NCBI GenBank assembly: GCA_965261395.1
Contig: OZ253462.1
Coordinates: 1,248,001 to 1,312,000, forward strand
Reading direction: 5' to 3'
Origin: Candidatus Latescibacterota bacterium
GTDB lineage: Bacteria > Latescibacterota > UBA2968 > UBA8231
Length of the DNA: 64,000 bases
In this document: positions 37,113 to 48,200 of the stretch, piece after piece
Numbering within the stretch: position 1 is the first letter of the stretch
Layout: the number at the start of each line of letters is the position of its first letter
The notes under the pieces: generated by a model
Databases searched by the model: none
The model's input: the letters and a program-made list of their open reading frames with translations, nothing else
Told to the model about the DNA's origin: nothing
Made by a program: the position numbers and the translations under genes

Positions 37113-39404
37113 TTACTCTTTCGCACCCATACCGCCGAAGATTTCCTCAACCTGCTGCCGCGCTTGCCGTTGCGCCTTGTGCTCAAGGCGCTTTTCCCGG
37201 TTAGCGCGGGCATAGCGCGCCATATGCTCTTGGGCCGCGGCTGCTTCTCCCGTGCGTTTATACAAGTTGGCTAAGCAAAAATGCGTCTGGATCATTTGCG
37301 GATCGAGTTCCAGAACCCGCCCAAAATGCTCGATAGCCTCCTCATAGCGACCTAGTTTAGCCAGCATCATGCCCAGCCCCCAGTGCCCAGCCACGTCGTC
37401 CGGCTCCAACTCGACCGCTTGGCGGTGATGGGCTTCGGCCTCACTGATTCGGGCATTCGGCTTTAGGGGAAGAGTCTGTTGCTGGGCTCCTTCATGCGCC
37501 ACCAGCAGATTCGCCAGACGGGTGTGTAGCTCCGCTCTCTCTGGCTCGTCGCTCAATAGCCGGCGGTACTCTCTGGTAGCCGCCAGACTGTCCTGCGTCT
37601 CGTAGAGACGGGCCAACTGGTAGCGCACCACGCTCGAGTCGGGGCGGATCTCTAGGGTGCGGCGATAGGCACTCGCCGCCAAGATGGGTTTTCCGGCCAT
37701 CAGATAGGCATAGCCGAGACGGCCGAAGAGGGCTGCCCAGTCGGGCCGCAGCGCAGTGAGGTTTTCGTACTGGACGATGGCCTCTGGGTAGCGTCGAGCC
37801 GCCAGAAAGGCATGGCCCAACAGGAAGCGGGCCGGGGTGGCCTCCGGATTCTTTTTTACGTAGGTGCTATAGGCCTCAATGGCCTTGGCATGCTCCTGCC
37901 TTTCCCCGTAGAGCGCGGCCAGCCGCAGGAGAGCTTCCCCGTGATCGGGCTGACGCTCAAGCGCGATGCGGAACTCGTGTAGGGCATCGGCCTGCATCCC
38001 CTTTCGCACATAGGCATCCCCTAGGGCAAAATGCTCTTCGGCGCTCCCTACCATGTTCATGGAACCGATGCCGGTATTGACCGCCAGCGTCAAGGCGACA
38101 AAGAGGGGCCAGAGAATGATCTTCCGACCCCTAGACCGAAACATTTCGCTCAGGCCAAAACCGGCGAGGAGCAGGGCGAAAGGCACCGCCGGCAGGCGAT
38201 AGCGCGAAGTGACGAAAAACAGGACGACCGAAAGCATGTAAACCAGTAGGAAAAGCGCAGGCAGAGTCGCGGCACCAGCATCGGACCGACGCCACAGACA
38301 GACTATGCCGATCAGCGCCAGGGGGGCGACCAGACCGAAGGGAAAGGCCAACCCGTACTTCCACAGCAGGAGGCGCAGCACAGTAGAATCGCGCCGGGCG
38401 TAATACGGGTCGAGGTTGCGCTGGATTTCATCGCCGCGCCAGAAGAGACGGAGCTTGTGGGCCAGCAAGCGCAGATAGCCCAAGGGATCTGCGCTGATAA
38501 ACTGCCAGGATTGGGCAAAAAAATAGTGCGACTTGGCGGATGGCCGTTCTATCCCCGCTTCGATTTCGGGTTTTTCTACCAGCAGGGCCCAATCCCTTCC
38601 CGGACGGATATTGACCGTGCGCTCGTAATCGGGGTTGTTGCCGATGTAGAAGTTAATACCGGCGTTGTGCGAGATCAGCACCCAGTCGCCGCCCACCAGA
38701 TGGTTGCGCACCGTCACTGGGGCTATGGCCAGAGCGCAGCCCAGGAGCAGCAAAGCAGTACGCTTCGCCTTGTCGGCGTTGGGAATGGAATCTTCCAAGC
38801 GCCAGAGCCACCATACCACGACTGGCAGGAAGAGCAGGATGTTGGCCACGGCCAGTGCGGCCAAACCCATCAGCGCCCCCGCTAGTAGCCAGCGCTTGGA
38901 GTCGCCGTAGGGTGGCCGGACCACCGAGAGAAAGAACAGCAGGTTGAGGAAAATCGCCAGGCCGACTGGCAGCAACTCACCATCGAAGTAAATGAGAGGT
39001 CCGCAACAGGCGGCACCCAGAGCGGCACCTAGGGCGATTCCGGGCGCGAAGAGCCGGCGTCCTATGATTAGGAGCAAGATGCAGCTTCCCGCCCCTAACA
39101 AGGCTTGAACTAGGCGCGGCCAGTAGTAATTCTCCCCCCCGACCCCAAAGATCAGCGCCAGAAAGTAGGGATAGAGCGGTGGCTGCCAGAAGGGCTCAGG
39201 TGCGTCTGCCCAAGCCCCGCCGGCTAGGTCGAGCGCCATCTCGGTGTAGACTCTGGCGTCGATTACCGGCGCGTCGAAAAAGGGACTCGCGGCGCTTTCG
39301 TGGATGTACAATACTCGCAGAGCCAGAGCTAGGCAGCCGATCAACAGCGCCTGGCTCCAAGGCTGCTGCAACCAGTTTGTCTCCCCGTCCTTATAGACCT
39401 GCAT
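37113..39404 (-). CDS. GT-C (PMT/ArnT-like) membrane glycosyltransferase with C-terminal TPRs
   Basis: Multi-TM N-terminus with DA..Y, PPLYPYFLA, GINFYIGNNP and RYRLP, followed by a TPR array. Confidence 0.8.
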   Translation of the reverse strand: MQVYKDGETNWLQQPWSQALLIGCLALALRVLYIHESAASPFFDAPVIDARVYTEMALDLAGGAWADAPEPFWQPPLYPYFLALIFGVGGENYYWPRLVQALLGAGSCILLLIIGRRLFAPGIALGAALGAACCGPLIYFDGELLPVGLAIFLNLLFFLSVVRPPYGDSKRWLLAGALMGLAALAVANILLFLPVVVWWLWRLEDSIPNADKAKRTALLLLGCALAIAPVTVRNHLVGGDWVLISHNAGINFYIGNNPDYERTVNIRPGRDWALLVEKPEIEAGIERPSAKSHYFFAQSWQFISADPLGYLRLLAHKLRLFWRGDEIQRNLDPYYARRDSTVLRLLLWKYGLAFPFGLVAPLALIGIVCLWRRSDAGAATLPALFLLVYMLSVVLFFVTSRYRLPAVPFALLLAGFGLSEMFRSRGRKIILWPLFVALTLAVNTGIGSMNMVGSAEEHFALGDAYVRKGMQADALHEFRIALERQPDHGEALLRLAALYGERQEHAKAIEAYSTYVKKNPEATPARFLLGHAFLAARRYPEAIVQYENLTALRPDWAALFGRLGYAYLMAGKPILAASAYRRTLEIRPDSSVVRYQLARLYETQDSLAATREYRRLLSDEPERAELHTRLANLLVAHEGAQQQTLPLKPNARISEAEAHHRQAVELEPDDVAGHWGLGMMLAKLGRYEEAIEHFGRVLELDPQMIQTHFCLANLYKRTGEAAAAQEHMARYARANREKRLEHKAQRQARQQVEEIFGGMGAKE

Positions 39405-42042
39405 AGAAGGTGAGAAAGCTCTGCGTAATTGTCTCCGATGCCTGTGTCTTGAAGTTCTTGCGGTCGATCTTCACTCCGCCTTGCATAGTGAGTTGATATC
39501 CTTGGTAGGCGGATACGTTGGTGAATTGGGCCGCCCAGGCGATGCCGTTGAAGTCGTTGGAGTCGCGCACGAAATCGTTGGAGAAGGTCAGCTCCAACCC
39601 CGACTGGAAGCGAGTGTGAGCGAGCAGCGGCACGCTCAAGATAAAGCCGCCGATCTCCGCCAATTCTTCCCTCTCCTCGTGCGAGAAAAGGTCGAATGTC
39701 TGCCTACGGTACTCGCTTTTCCAACGTGGCTCGATCTGCAGCGCACCTAGGTCGAAGCGATAACTGAACTTGTTGATCAGACCGATGAAATAGTCCTGCT
39801 TGCGTAGGCTCAAGAGCGTGCGCTGTTCCTTATCGATACGCTGGCGATAAAACTCGTATTTGAAGAAGTTCTTGGTCCTGAACCCTCCCTGTTGGTAATC
39901 GTGGCCCGCCCATAGCGAATTGACCCAAGTGTCGGGGGCGAGGAGTGGGTCTTCGATCAGGGTCCCCTCGCCGGTGCGCAAAAGTGCGCCTGGCAGCCAC
40001 TGCAGCAGGTTGTCGGGAATATTGTCTTGCACCGATTTGAACGAATCGAAGAGACGGAATCGGCCCCACTCCGGCGTATCCTTGTCCAGGGTGAAGAGCA
40101 GATACTTGGAGATATTCTCGCGGTCGGCCGAGATCAACTCCTCACGCATCAGGCCGGCCGTGACGCGGATCTCGGGCGTGACGTGGGCACCGGCGTAGAT
40201 GTTGAATCCGCGGTGGTCCTTGCGATAGGGGTAGTCCGGTTCTTCGTCGTTTTCGAAGCGGTCGATCCAGATATTGTTATTCATGTCGATGCCGAAGAGA
40301 AACTCCGGTCGGTCGACGTTGTGGCGCAGGAAAGCCTCTTCGTAGTCGGGGGTGGAATTGGTTAAGAGCCGGTTGTCGTTCTGGTTAAAGTCGGAGATGA
40401 AATCGTTGTTCTCGTCCCAACCGGGGAAGACTGCGTTGTCGCCGTTGCGCGTGTCCATGCGGATGGTGTCGGCGAAGCGATCTTGGTCGTCGTTGTCAGC
40501 GACGAATTCCACCACGTAAATCCGCTCGTCCTCGTAGTCGATAAAGCCACCGGCATCCGAGGTGAAGGTGCTGGTATTATAGCGCGGATCCATGCTGTAA
40601 GCCTCGCCAAAGAAGAACCAGGGATAGGTGGACTTTGAGAGGTTCATCATCCAGGCCGGGGCCGACCGCTGTCCCTTGATGCCCGACGAGGTCGAGTGGC
40701 TTTTGGCGTTGATGTTCGGGTACTTGGTGTAGCTGTAGCTCAGGTCGTACTCGCCGTAGAAGTCAAAGCCCTTCACATCTCTCACCTCCACGGTGCCGCC
40801 CCATATCTGGGTGGCGGTGGGCAAACCGTATTGGAAACTCACCGTCCTCAGGTTCGTGTTGTCTTGGATATTGCCCTCGGCTTGGGCTACTAGGAGCAAC
40901 ACCGAGGTGTTGCTGGTGTTCAGTTGTCGGTCCGAAGTCATCCAGATCTGGTAGTCGTTGGCCAGCACCATCTGGAATTCGATGTTCTCGATCTGCTCCT
41001 TGGAGCCGCTCGAGCGGTTGAGGAAGGCCGGGCTGTCGAAATCGTAGCGCAGGCGGATCTGCTCGGTGCCATCAGCGGCGATAAATCCCTCGCGGATAAA
41101 ACCGCCTTGGATGATTGGTTCGAAGCGGATCTCCTTTCCCCGGTCCACGGTGCCGTCTCTATAAGTGATGATGATATCTGACCCGGCGGGGAAGAAGGCT
41201 GCGCCGCCTACCCCATCCTCGGGGCTGTCGTCGCGCAGCACGACCTCAATCGCCGAGACCGTGGCCTTTTGGTCGAGGGTGAGTTCACCTTGGATAGGGT
41301 TGCCCCGAAACCCATCGACGAGCGTATTGGACTGGTGGGCGTTGACATTGGTGAGGCCCATGGTGACGAAGTCGCCGACCTGGACGGTCAAGCGCCCGCC
41401 GGCCAGAGTCGTCATATTGGTGACCAGATTCTCCTGGTCCCGGGTCGAACTGCCTCCCGGACGGCTCAGACGCGAGAAAATGACGGTCCCCTGGTACTTG
41501 TCGGAAGCGAAATCGACTTGCACTCCGTCCCAGCGCGGCTTGGAAAAGGTCATCGGCGTCAGCGTCGAACGAATCTCGTTGCTCACCGTTACCGCATAGT
41601 GGTATTGGCCCTTAGTGTCGACTGAGATGAGCAGCCCGGAGAACCACTCTTGGAAACGCGACGACTTGAAAATGGAACTACCAAACTGCGCGGGCTGGAC
41701 TTGGGAGGTGTTGAAGATCAGCCAGCCCCGGCCGATATAACTCCCGTACAAGTCGTAAAAGTAGTCCCCTTCTAGGGTCGTATTGACGTAGCGCTGGAAG
41801 TTTTGCCGGGCGTAGTTTGAATATTCCCACTGCTTCCAGCGGTACTCGTTATAGAGTTCCTGGGGCACATACCACCGACGCACCGCCGGGTCCAGCGCCC
41901 CGAACATCACGCCGGCCCCCTGGGGTTCGTAAGTGACCTCCCCACCCCGTTGCACACCCAGACGGTTGCCGTAGTCCTGAGCCTGTACGACAGATACTAG
42001 GAAAGAGCAACATATAACGCATAGCAGGCAAGCTCGTCTCAC
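39391..42042 (-). CDS. Large secreted or outer-membrane hypothetical protein
   Basis: Signal peptide, Asp-rich DND..D / DENND / DMNNN loops, and alternating beta-strand segments ending FLTFYAGL. Confidence 0.6.
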   Translation of the reverse strand: MRRACLLCVICCSFLVSVVQAQDYGNRLGVQRGGEVTYEPQGAGVMFGALDPAVRRWYVPQELYNEYRWKQWEYSNYARQNFQRYVNTTLEGDYFYDLYGSYIGRGWLIFNTSQVQPAQFGSSIFKSSRFQEWFSGLLISVDTKGQYHYAVTVSNEIRSTLTPMTFSKPRWDGVQVDFASDKYQGTVIFSRLSRPGGSSTRDQENLVTNMTTLAGGRLTVQVGDFVTMGLTNVNAHQSNTLVDGFRGNPIQGELTLDQKATVSAIEVVLRDDSPEDGVGGAAFFPAGSDIIITYRDGTVDRGKEIRFEPIIQGGFIREGFIAADGTEQIRLRYDFDSPAFLNRSSGSKEQIENIEFQMVLANDYQIWMTSDRQLNTSNTSVLLLVAQAEGNIQDNTNLRTVSFQYGLPTATQIWGGTVEVRDVKGFDFYGEYDLSYSYTKYPNINAKSHSTSSGIKGQRSAPAWMMNLSKSTYPWFFFGEAYSMDPRYNTSTFTSDAGGFIDYEDERIYVVEFVADNDDQDRFADTIRMDTRNGDNAVFPGWDENNDFISDFNQNDNRLLTNSTPDYEEAFLRHNVDRPEFLFGIDMNNNIWIDRFENDEEPDYPYRKDHRGFNIYAGAHVTPEIRVTAGLMREELISADRENISKYLLFTLDKDTPEWGRFRLFDSFKSVQDNIPDNLLQWLPGALLRTGEGTLIEDPLLAPDTWVNSLWAGHDYQQGGFRTKNFFKYEFYRQRIDKEQRTLLSLRKQDYFIGLINKFSYRFDLGALQIEPRWKSEYRRQTFDLFSHEEREELAEIGGFILSVPLLAHTRFQSGLELTFSNDFVRDSNDFNGIAWAAQFTNVSAYQGYQLTMQGGVKIDRKNFKTQASETITQSFLTFYAGL

Positions 42043-42061
42043 GAGGAAGGCTCCTTGTAAA

Positions 42062-45000
42062 TTAATAAGCTACATGTATCAATGTTGATCTCGTGGTGGG
42101 TCCGATGTCGTCGGCATCAACGGCGAGATCGACCTGCCCCAGATAGATCCCCGGCGGCACTCGTTGCCCTGTCTGATCTGTACCCGACCACACCACCGCC
42201 ACCTCACCACTGTGCACCGCCTGTCGGTGCTGCCACACCCGTCGGCCATCCAGCCGATACACATTCACCGTGGCCTGTCGCGTCGTCCCCAGTCGAAACA
42301 CCGAAAAGCCGATCGTCGTCTGGTCGTTGACCCCGTCGCCATTGGGCGTAAACGGGTTGGGATAGGCGGCAATCACGCCCAGCGGCTTTAGGTTCAAAGG
42401 CACCTGGATCGACAGCGCCTCCGACGCGACCTGCGCTGTCGCATCGCCGGCGGCCACTCCCTGCCAAGGCGCGTCTTGGGCGCTGCCCCCGGCCGTGTTG
42501 CGCACCGCTAGGTCCACCGTCGCTCCGTTGACGAACACCGGCGTAGCAAAACGCATCCGCAACAGCGGCCCTGCTCCCACGATCCGCCCCCGCCGCGCCG
42601 ACCCAAGCCCGTTGTAGGCTGCCGCGTCCAGTGAGTCGCCTGCGGCGTCAAAGGCAAATTGGCCTCCTTCGTCGAACAGGATGCGGAAGTAGCGATCCTC
42701 CCGCTCGTCCTCGGCCAACGCGTCGAACTCACTCTCATTGACTAGGGTTAGAGCCACCTCTCCGGTTGCCTCGACGGTGCGGCGGAAGTAGCGTCGGTCG
42801 CCCCGTTCCTCCGGTGCCAACTGGCCATAGCTCACCGCGGTCAATACCTGCCCCTGCCGGTCAATGGGCACCTGCTCCTGTTCGCTCATCACTTGGTAGT
42901 AGATCCGTTCATCGACCGTCCCCAGCGCATGCACTGCTGCAGGCAGGCGCACCCAGATCGAGTCCGACCGATCCTGCAACACTGTTAACAGCTGACCAGC
43001 TTCGTCAACAAACGACCCATCTGCCTGCGGACGAAAGACTTGGTCTTCGCCTAGGGCCAACTCCAACAGCGTCAGGTTCTCTGCCCCCGATAAGGTCAGT
43101 GCCACCTCGTCGAAACCGTCGCTGCGCACGCTGAAGGGCTGCTCGACGAAGAAGGGCTGGGCAAACACCTCAAACGTGTCGACCCGTCCGGGCACGGCCA
43201 CCTCGACCGGCCACAACTCAGCCTGCATCTGTTCCACCACCGGATTCAACAGTTCGATCTCAATGGCACCAATCGACGCGGCTTGGAAGCGATCTTGGGT
43301 GCGCAGTGCCACTTGCAGTTGCAGAAGACCGTGTTGCGCTGGCGCATTGACCCGGGTGCCTGGCTGCCGATAGCTGCGGCTCCAGTTGCTCCAGTCGCTG
43401 CCAGCGACAAAGGCGGTGTCGACGGGACCTTTGAAGCTGCCCATGAGATTGTTCCACTGTTTCTGGGTGATCTCGCTGCCGGACTTGTCGAAGTGGCGCA
43501 CGACCTTGCGCAGCAGACTGCCGGTGCGGCTGCGGAGGTCTAGTTCGGTGCCCGGCGGCGTTTCCCCTTCCCAGAAGATTCGTCCCAAGCTGCGTCCTGC
43601 TGGCAAGGCCATCAGGGCCGAGTGCAGCACCACCTCCGACGGGTAGCCCGCCGAAAATAGCTGGTACTCTGCGATTTTGGGACCCGGCGCATAGATGTCC
43701 AGGCTCTGGTCAATGATAGTGATCTCGATATAGCGAAGCTTTTGCGGCGAAGCGAAATTTTCGAGCAGATGCCGGAATCGGCTAATACTATTGTTTTCGC
43801 GCTCCAGCGAAGTCAGCCGCTTCCATTTGAGCCGACCATTGGTATCCCGCGTACCATCCGAGCCCAGCATCTTATAGCCCTCGACAATAGGCCAGGAAAA
43901 GGGAGCCGAGGTCCGCACCGCGTCGAGCCAGAAGGTCGCGCCCATGTCGATGGTCAACACCCCCCGATCCACGATCGCCGTCTTCTCGCGAAAGGGATGC
44001 ACGAAATTGGTGGCGTAATCCCCGTCGAAACCAGCCCCCGGACTGAAGCCATCCCCCGTCAAAGCTAGGCTGCCGCCACCGTCCAGCATTCTCGCAGTGA
44101 TATTGTCGCCATAGCCCCAGACTTCGATATCGGCCAGCCGGGGCCGCTCGCGGCGATAGTACTCCTTCCGACCCTGACGCGCCGCTGGCAAACCCTCATA
44201 CACCGAACGATCCACCGGCTCCTCGAAACCCTCCCGAACCTTGACGAAATGGACGATTTCGCCTTGGTCTGCTGTGGGCAACGCCTCCCACTCCGCCGCA
44301 GTCACCAGCCGACCCCGCGCGCCCTTGCTTTCCGTCACCACCACCCGCAAGGTCTCCACCATCCGACCCGTCCACTCCGGCGACGCCCGCGGCTGCGCAA
44401 AACCAAAACCGAAAAGCCGCTGATCCTCATTGGGGGCCGTCGTCCGCGCCACCAACTCAAACCCCACCTTCGCCACCTCCTCCATCACCGGCTTCTGATT
44501 CGGTGCCACCAACAGCCGAAACTGGCGAAACGGATCCCCCAGCGACGCCTCGACAAAGTGCAACACCACCGAATCCACCACCGCCACCCGACCCAGATCC
44601 ACCTCCACCCACCAGTCGTCCAAAGGTGCCGCCGCATCCGGCTCCCAATACGTCGTCGGATCTCCGTCCAGAATCGCCGCCGCATCCGCCCCATTCGAGC
44701 CCACTCGACTGATCCCCATCCGCATCAGATAGGTATAGACCGGCACATTCTTCCCGCTTTTCTTCTGCGTCAGCACATTGCCGCGGATATCCAGTGTTAG
44801 GGTGCTGTCCAGATTCAGAATTGCCGTTTGCGTCCGGCCCCGCTTGAAGTCCTTCAAGGCCCGTTGGAACGTCGCTCGATCATCCAGCAGGCTATAGCGG
44901 CCACGAAAGCGATGCGGCACTACCACTCCCGTCGGCTCTACCTCCACCGCGTGTGTCGGCAGGGTCCATGCCCGCCAGTGCGCCGCGGTCTCCACCACCA

Positions 45001-45130
45001 GCCGATCCTCGCTGAGCCGATAGCCCGCTCCCTCTTGCGCAATCGCGCCACTGCCTGCCACAAGCAATCCTATGGCCCATAAAAAGAAACAGCCGCGACC
45101 CAAACGGGAACCTAAAACCGTGCCCTTCAT
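42062..45130 (-). CDS. Secreted protein, two discoidin-like domains plus FlgD/CHU_C tail (copy B1)
   Basis: ILDGDPTTYW..EVDLGR, FDGD.AT.F..IDMGATFWLD..IAEYQLF and YPNPFTPNGDGVND. Confidence 0.8.
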   Translation of the reverse strand: MKGTVLGSRLGRGCFFLWAIGLLVAGSGAIAQEGAGYRLSEDRLVVETAAHWRAWTLPTHAVEVEPTGVVVPHRFRGRYSLLDDRATFQRALKDFKRGRTQTAILNLDSTLTLDIRGNVLTQKKSGKNVPVYTYLMRMGISRVGSNGADAAAILDGDPTTYWEPDAAAPLDDWWVEVDLGRVAVVDSVVLHFVEASLGDPFRQFRLLVAPNQKPVMEEVAKVGFELVARTTAPNEDQRLFGFGFAQPRASPEWTGRMVETLRVVVTESKGARGRLVTAAEWEALPTADQGEIVHFVKVREGFEEPVDRSVYEGLPAARQGRKEYYRRERPRLADIEVWGYGDNITARMLDGGGSLALTGDGFSPGAGFDGDYATNFVHPFREKTAIVDRGVLTIDMGATFWLDAVRTSAPFSWPIVEGYKMLGSDGTRDTNGRLKWKRLTSLERENNSISRFRHLLENFASPQKLRYIEITIIDQSLDIYAPGPKIAEYQLFSAGYPSEVVLHSALMALPAGRSLGRIFWEGETPPGTELDLRSRTGSLLRKVVRHFDKSGSEITQKQWNNLMGSFKGPVDTAFVAGSDWSNWSRSYRQPGTRVNAPAQHGLLQLQVALRTQDRFQAASIGAIEIELLNPVVEQMQAELWPVEVAVPGRVDTFEVFAQPFFVEQPFSVRSDGFDEVALTLSGAENLTLLELALGEDQVFRPQADGSFVDEAGQLLTVLQDRSDSIWVRLPAAVHALGTVDERIYYQVMSEQEQVPIDRQGQVLTAVSYGQLAPEERGDRRYFRRTVEATGEVALTLVNESEFDALAEDEREDRYFRILFDEGGQFAFDAAGDSLDAAAYNGLGSARRGRIVGAGPLLRMRFATPVFVNGATVDLAVRNTAGGSAQDAPWQGVAAGDATAQVASEALSIQVPLNLKPLGVIAAYPNPFTPNGDGVNDQTTIGFSVFRLGTTRQATVNVYRLDGRRVWQHRQAVHSGEVAVVWSGTDQTGQRVPPGIYLGQVDLAVDADDIGPTTRSTLIHVAY

Positions 45131-45237
45131 GGCTTCCTCTAATCGGGAGTCGGCAAACTATGACTATATCTGCAAAACCCAATCTGGTCGGCGACCGCTG
45201 GGCGATCTTACAGACACAATCCAATATTTACCGGCTC

Positions 45238-48200
45238 TCAATAAGCTACGTGTAGCAATGTTGATCTCGTGGTGGGTCCGATGTCGTCGGCATCAACGGC
45301 GAGATCGACCTGCCCCAGATAGATCCCCGGCGGCACCCGTTGCCCCGCCTGATCCGTACCTGACCACACCACCGCTACCTCACCGCTTTGCACTACCTGT
45401 CGATGCTGCCACACCCGTTGACCGTCCAGCCGATACACATTCACCGTGGCCTGTCGCGTCGTCCCCAGTCGAAACACCGAAAAGCCGATCGTCGTCTGGT
45501 CGTTGACCCCGTCGCCATTGGGCGTAAACGGGTTGGGATAGGCGGCAATCACGCCCAGCGGCTTTAGGTTCAAAGGCACCTGGATCGACAGCGCCTCCGA
45601 CGCGACCTGCGCTGTCGCATCGCCGGCGGCCACTCCCTGCCAAGGCGCGTCTTGGGTGCTGCCCCCGGCCGTGTTGCGCACCGTCAGGTCCACCGTCGCT
45701 CCGTTGACGAACACCGGCGTAGCAAAACGCATCCGCAACAGCGGCCCTGCTCCCACGATCCGCCCCCGCCGCGCCGACCCAAGCCCGTTGTAGGCTGCCG
45801 CGTCCAGTGAGTCGCCTGCGGCATCAAAGGCAAATTGGCCTCCTTCGTCGAACAGGATGCGGAAGTAGCGATCCTCCCGCTCGTCCTCGGCCAACGCGTC
45901 GAACTCACTCTCATTGACCAGGGTTAGAGCCACCTTTCCGGTTGCCTCGGCGGTGCGGCGGAAGTAGCGTCGGTCGCCCCGTTCCTCCGGTGCCAACTGG
46001 CCATAGCTCACCGCGGTCAATACCTGCCCCTGCCGGTCAATGGGCACCTGCTCCTGTTCGCCCATTACTTGGTAGTAGATCCGTTCATCGACCGTCCCCA
46101 GCGCATGCACTGCCGCAGGCAGGCGCACCCAGATCGAGTCCGACCGATCCTGCAACACTGTTAATAGCTGACCAGCTTCGTCAACAAACGACCCATCTGC
46201 CTGCGGACGAAAGACTTGGTTTTCGCCTAGGGCCAACTCCAACAGCGTCAGGTTCTCTGCCCCCGACAAGGCTAGTGCCACCTCGTCGAAACCGTCGCTG
46301 CGCACGCTGAAAGGCTGCTCGACGAAGAAGGGCTGGGCGAACACCTCAAAGGTGTCGACCCGCCCCGGCACCGCTATCTCGATCGGCCACAACTCAGCCT
46401 GCATCTGTTCCACCACCGGATTCAACAGCTCGATCTCAATGGCACCGATTGACGCAGCTTGGAAGCGGTCTTGGGTGCGCAGTGCCACTTGCAGTTGCAG
46501 AAGACCGTGTTGCGCTGGCGCATTGACCCGGGTGCCTGGCTGCCGATAGCTGCGGCTCCAGTTGCTCCAGTCGCTGCCAGCGACAAAGGCGGTGTCGACG
46601 GGACCTTTGAAGCTGCCCATGAGATTGTTCCACTGTTTCTGGGTGATCTCGCTGCCGGACTTGTCGAAGTGGCGCACGACCTTGCGCAGCAGACTGCCGG
46701 TGCGGCTGCGGAGGTCTAGTTCGGTGCCCGGCGGCGTTTCTCCTTCCCAGAAGATTCGTCCCAAGCTGCGTCCTGCTGGCAAGGCCATCAGGGCCGAGTG
46801 CAGCACCACCTCCGACGGGTAGCCCGCCGAAAATAGCTGGTACTCCGCGACATTAGGCCCGATGCACCACATACAGAGATCACCGGCATTGGGATTGGTA
46901 ATGGTAATCTCGATATAGCGAAGCTTTTGCGGCGAAACAAATTTTTCGAGCAGGTGTTCGAAGAGATTATCGCGGTTGTTTTCGCGCGCCACTGATGTCA
47001 GCCGCTCCCACTTGAGCTGGCCATTGGTATCCCGCGTGCCATCCGAGCCCAGAATCTTATAGCCGTCGATAAAGGTCCTGGGCAAGGTCGAGGACGTCCG
47101 CACCGCGTCGAGCCAGAAGGTCGCGCCCATGTCGATGGTCAATACCCCCCGATCCACGATCGCCGTCTTCTCGCGGACCACGTGCGGAAAGGAGGTGGAA
47201 AAGTCGCCATCGAACGCCCCAACCGGACTGAAACCATCCCCGGTCAAAGCGAGGTTGCCGCCACCTTCCACCATGCCCATACTGATATTGTCGCCGTAGC
47301 CCCAGACTTCGATATCGGCCAGCCGGGGCCGCTCGCGGCGATAGTACTCCTTCCGACCCTGACGCGCCGCTGGCAAACCCTCATACACCGAACGATCCAC
47401 CGGCTCCTCGAAACCCTCTTCGTCGACGATAAAGTGGACGATTTCGCCTTGGTCTGCTGCGGGCAACGCCTCCCACTCCGCCGCAGTCACCAGCCGACCC
47501 CGCGCGCCCTTGCTTTCCGTCACCACCACCCGCAAGGTCTCCACCATCCGACCCGTCCACTCCGGCGACGCCCGCGGCTGCGCAAAACCAAAACCGAAAA
47601 GCCGCTGATCCTCATTGGGGGCCGTCGTCCGCGCCACCAACTCAAACCCCACCTTCGCCACCTCCTCCATCACCGGCTTCTGATTCGGTGCCACCAACAG
47701 CCGAAACTGGCGAAACGGATCCCCCAGCGACGCCTCGACAAAGTGCAACACCACCGAATCCACCACCGCCACCCGACCCAGATCCACCTCCACCCACCAG
47801 TCGTCCAAAGGCGCCGCCGCATCCGGCTCCCAATACGTCGTCGGATCTCCGTCCAGAATCGCCGCCGCATCCGCCCCATTCGAGCCCACTCGACTGATCC
47901 CCATCCGCATCAGATAGGTATAGACCGGCACATTCTTCCCGCTTTTCTTTTGCGTCAGCACATTGCCGCGGATGTCCAGCGTTAGGGTGCTGTCCAGATT
48001 CAGAATCGCCGTTTGCGTCCGGCCCCGCTTGAAGTCCTTCAAGGCCCGTTGGAACGTCGCCCGATCATTCAGCAGGTTGTAGCGACTGCGAAAGCGATGC
48101 GGCACTACCACTCCCGTCGGCTCTACCTCCACCGCGTGTGTCGGCAAGGTCCATGCCCGCCAGTGCGCCGCGGTCTCCACCACCAGCCGATCCTCGCTGA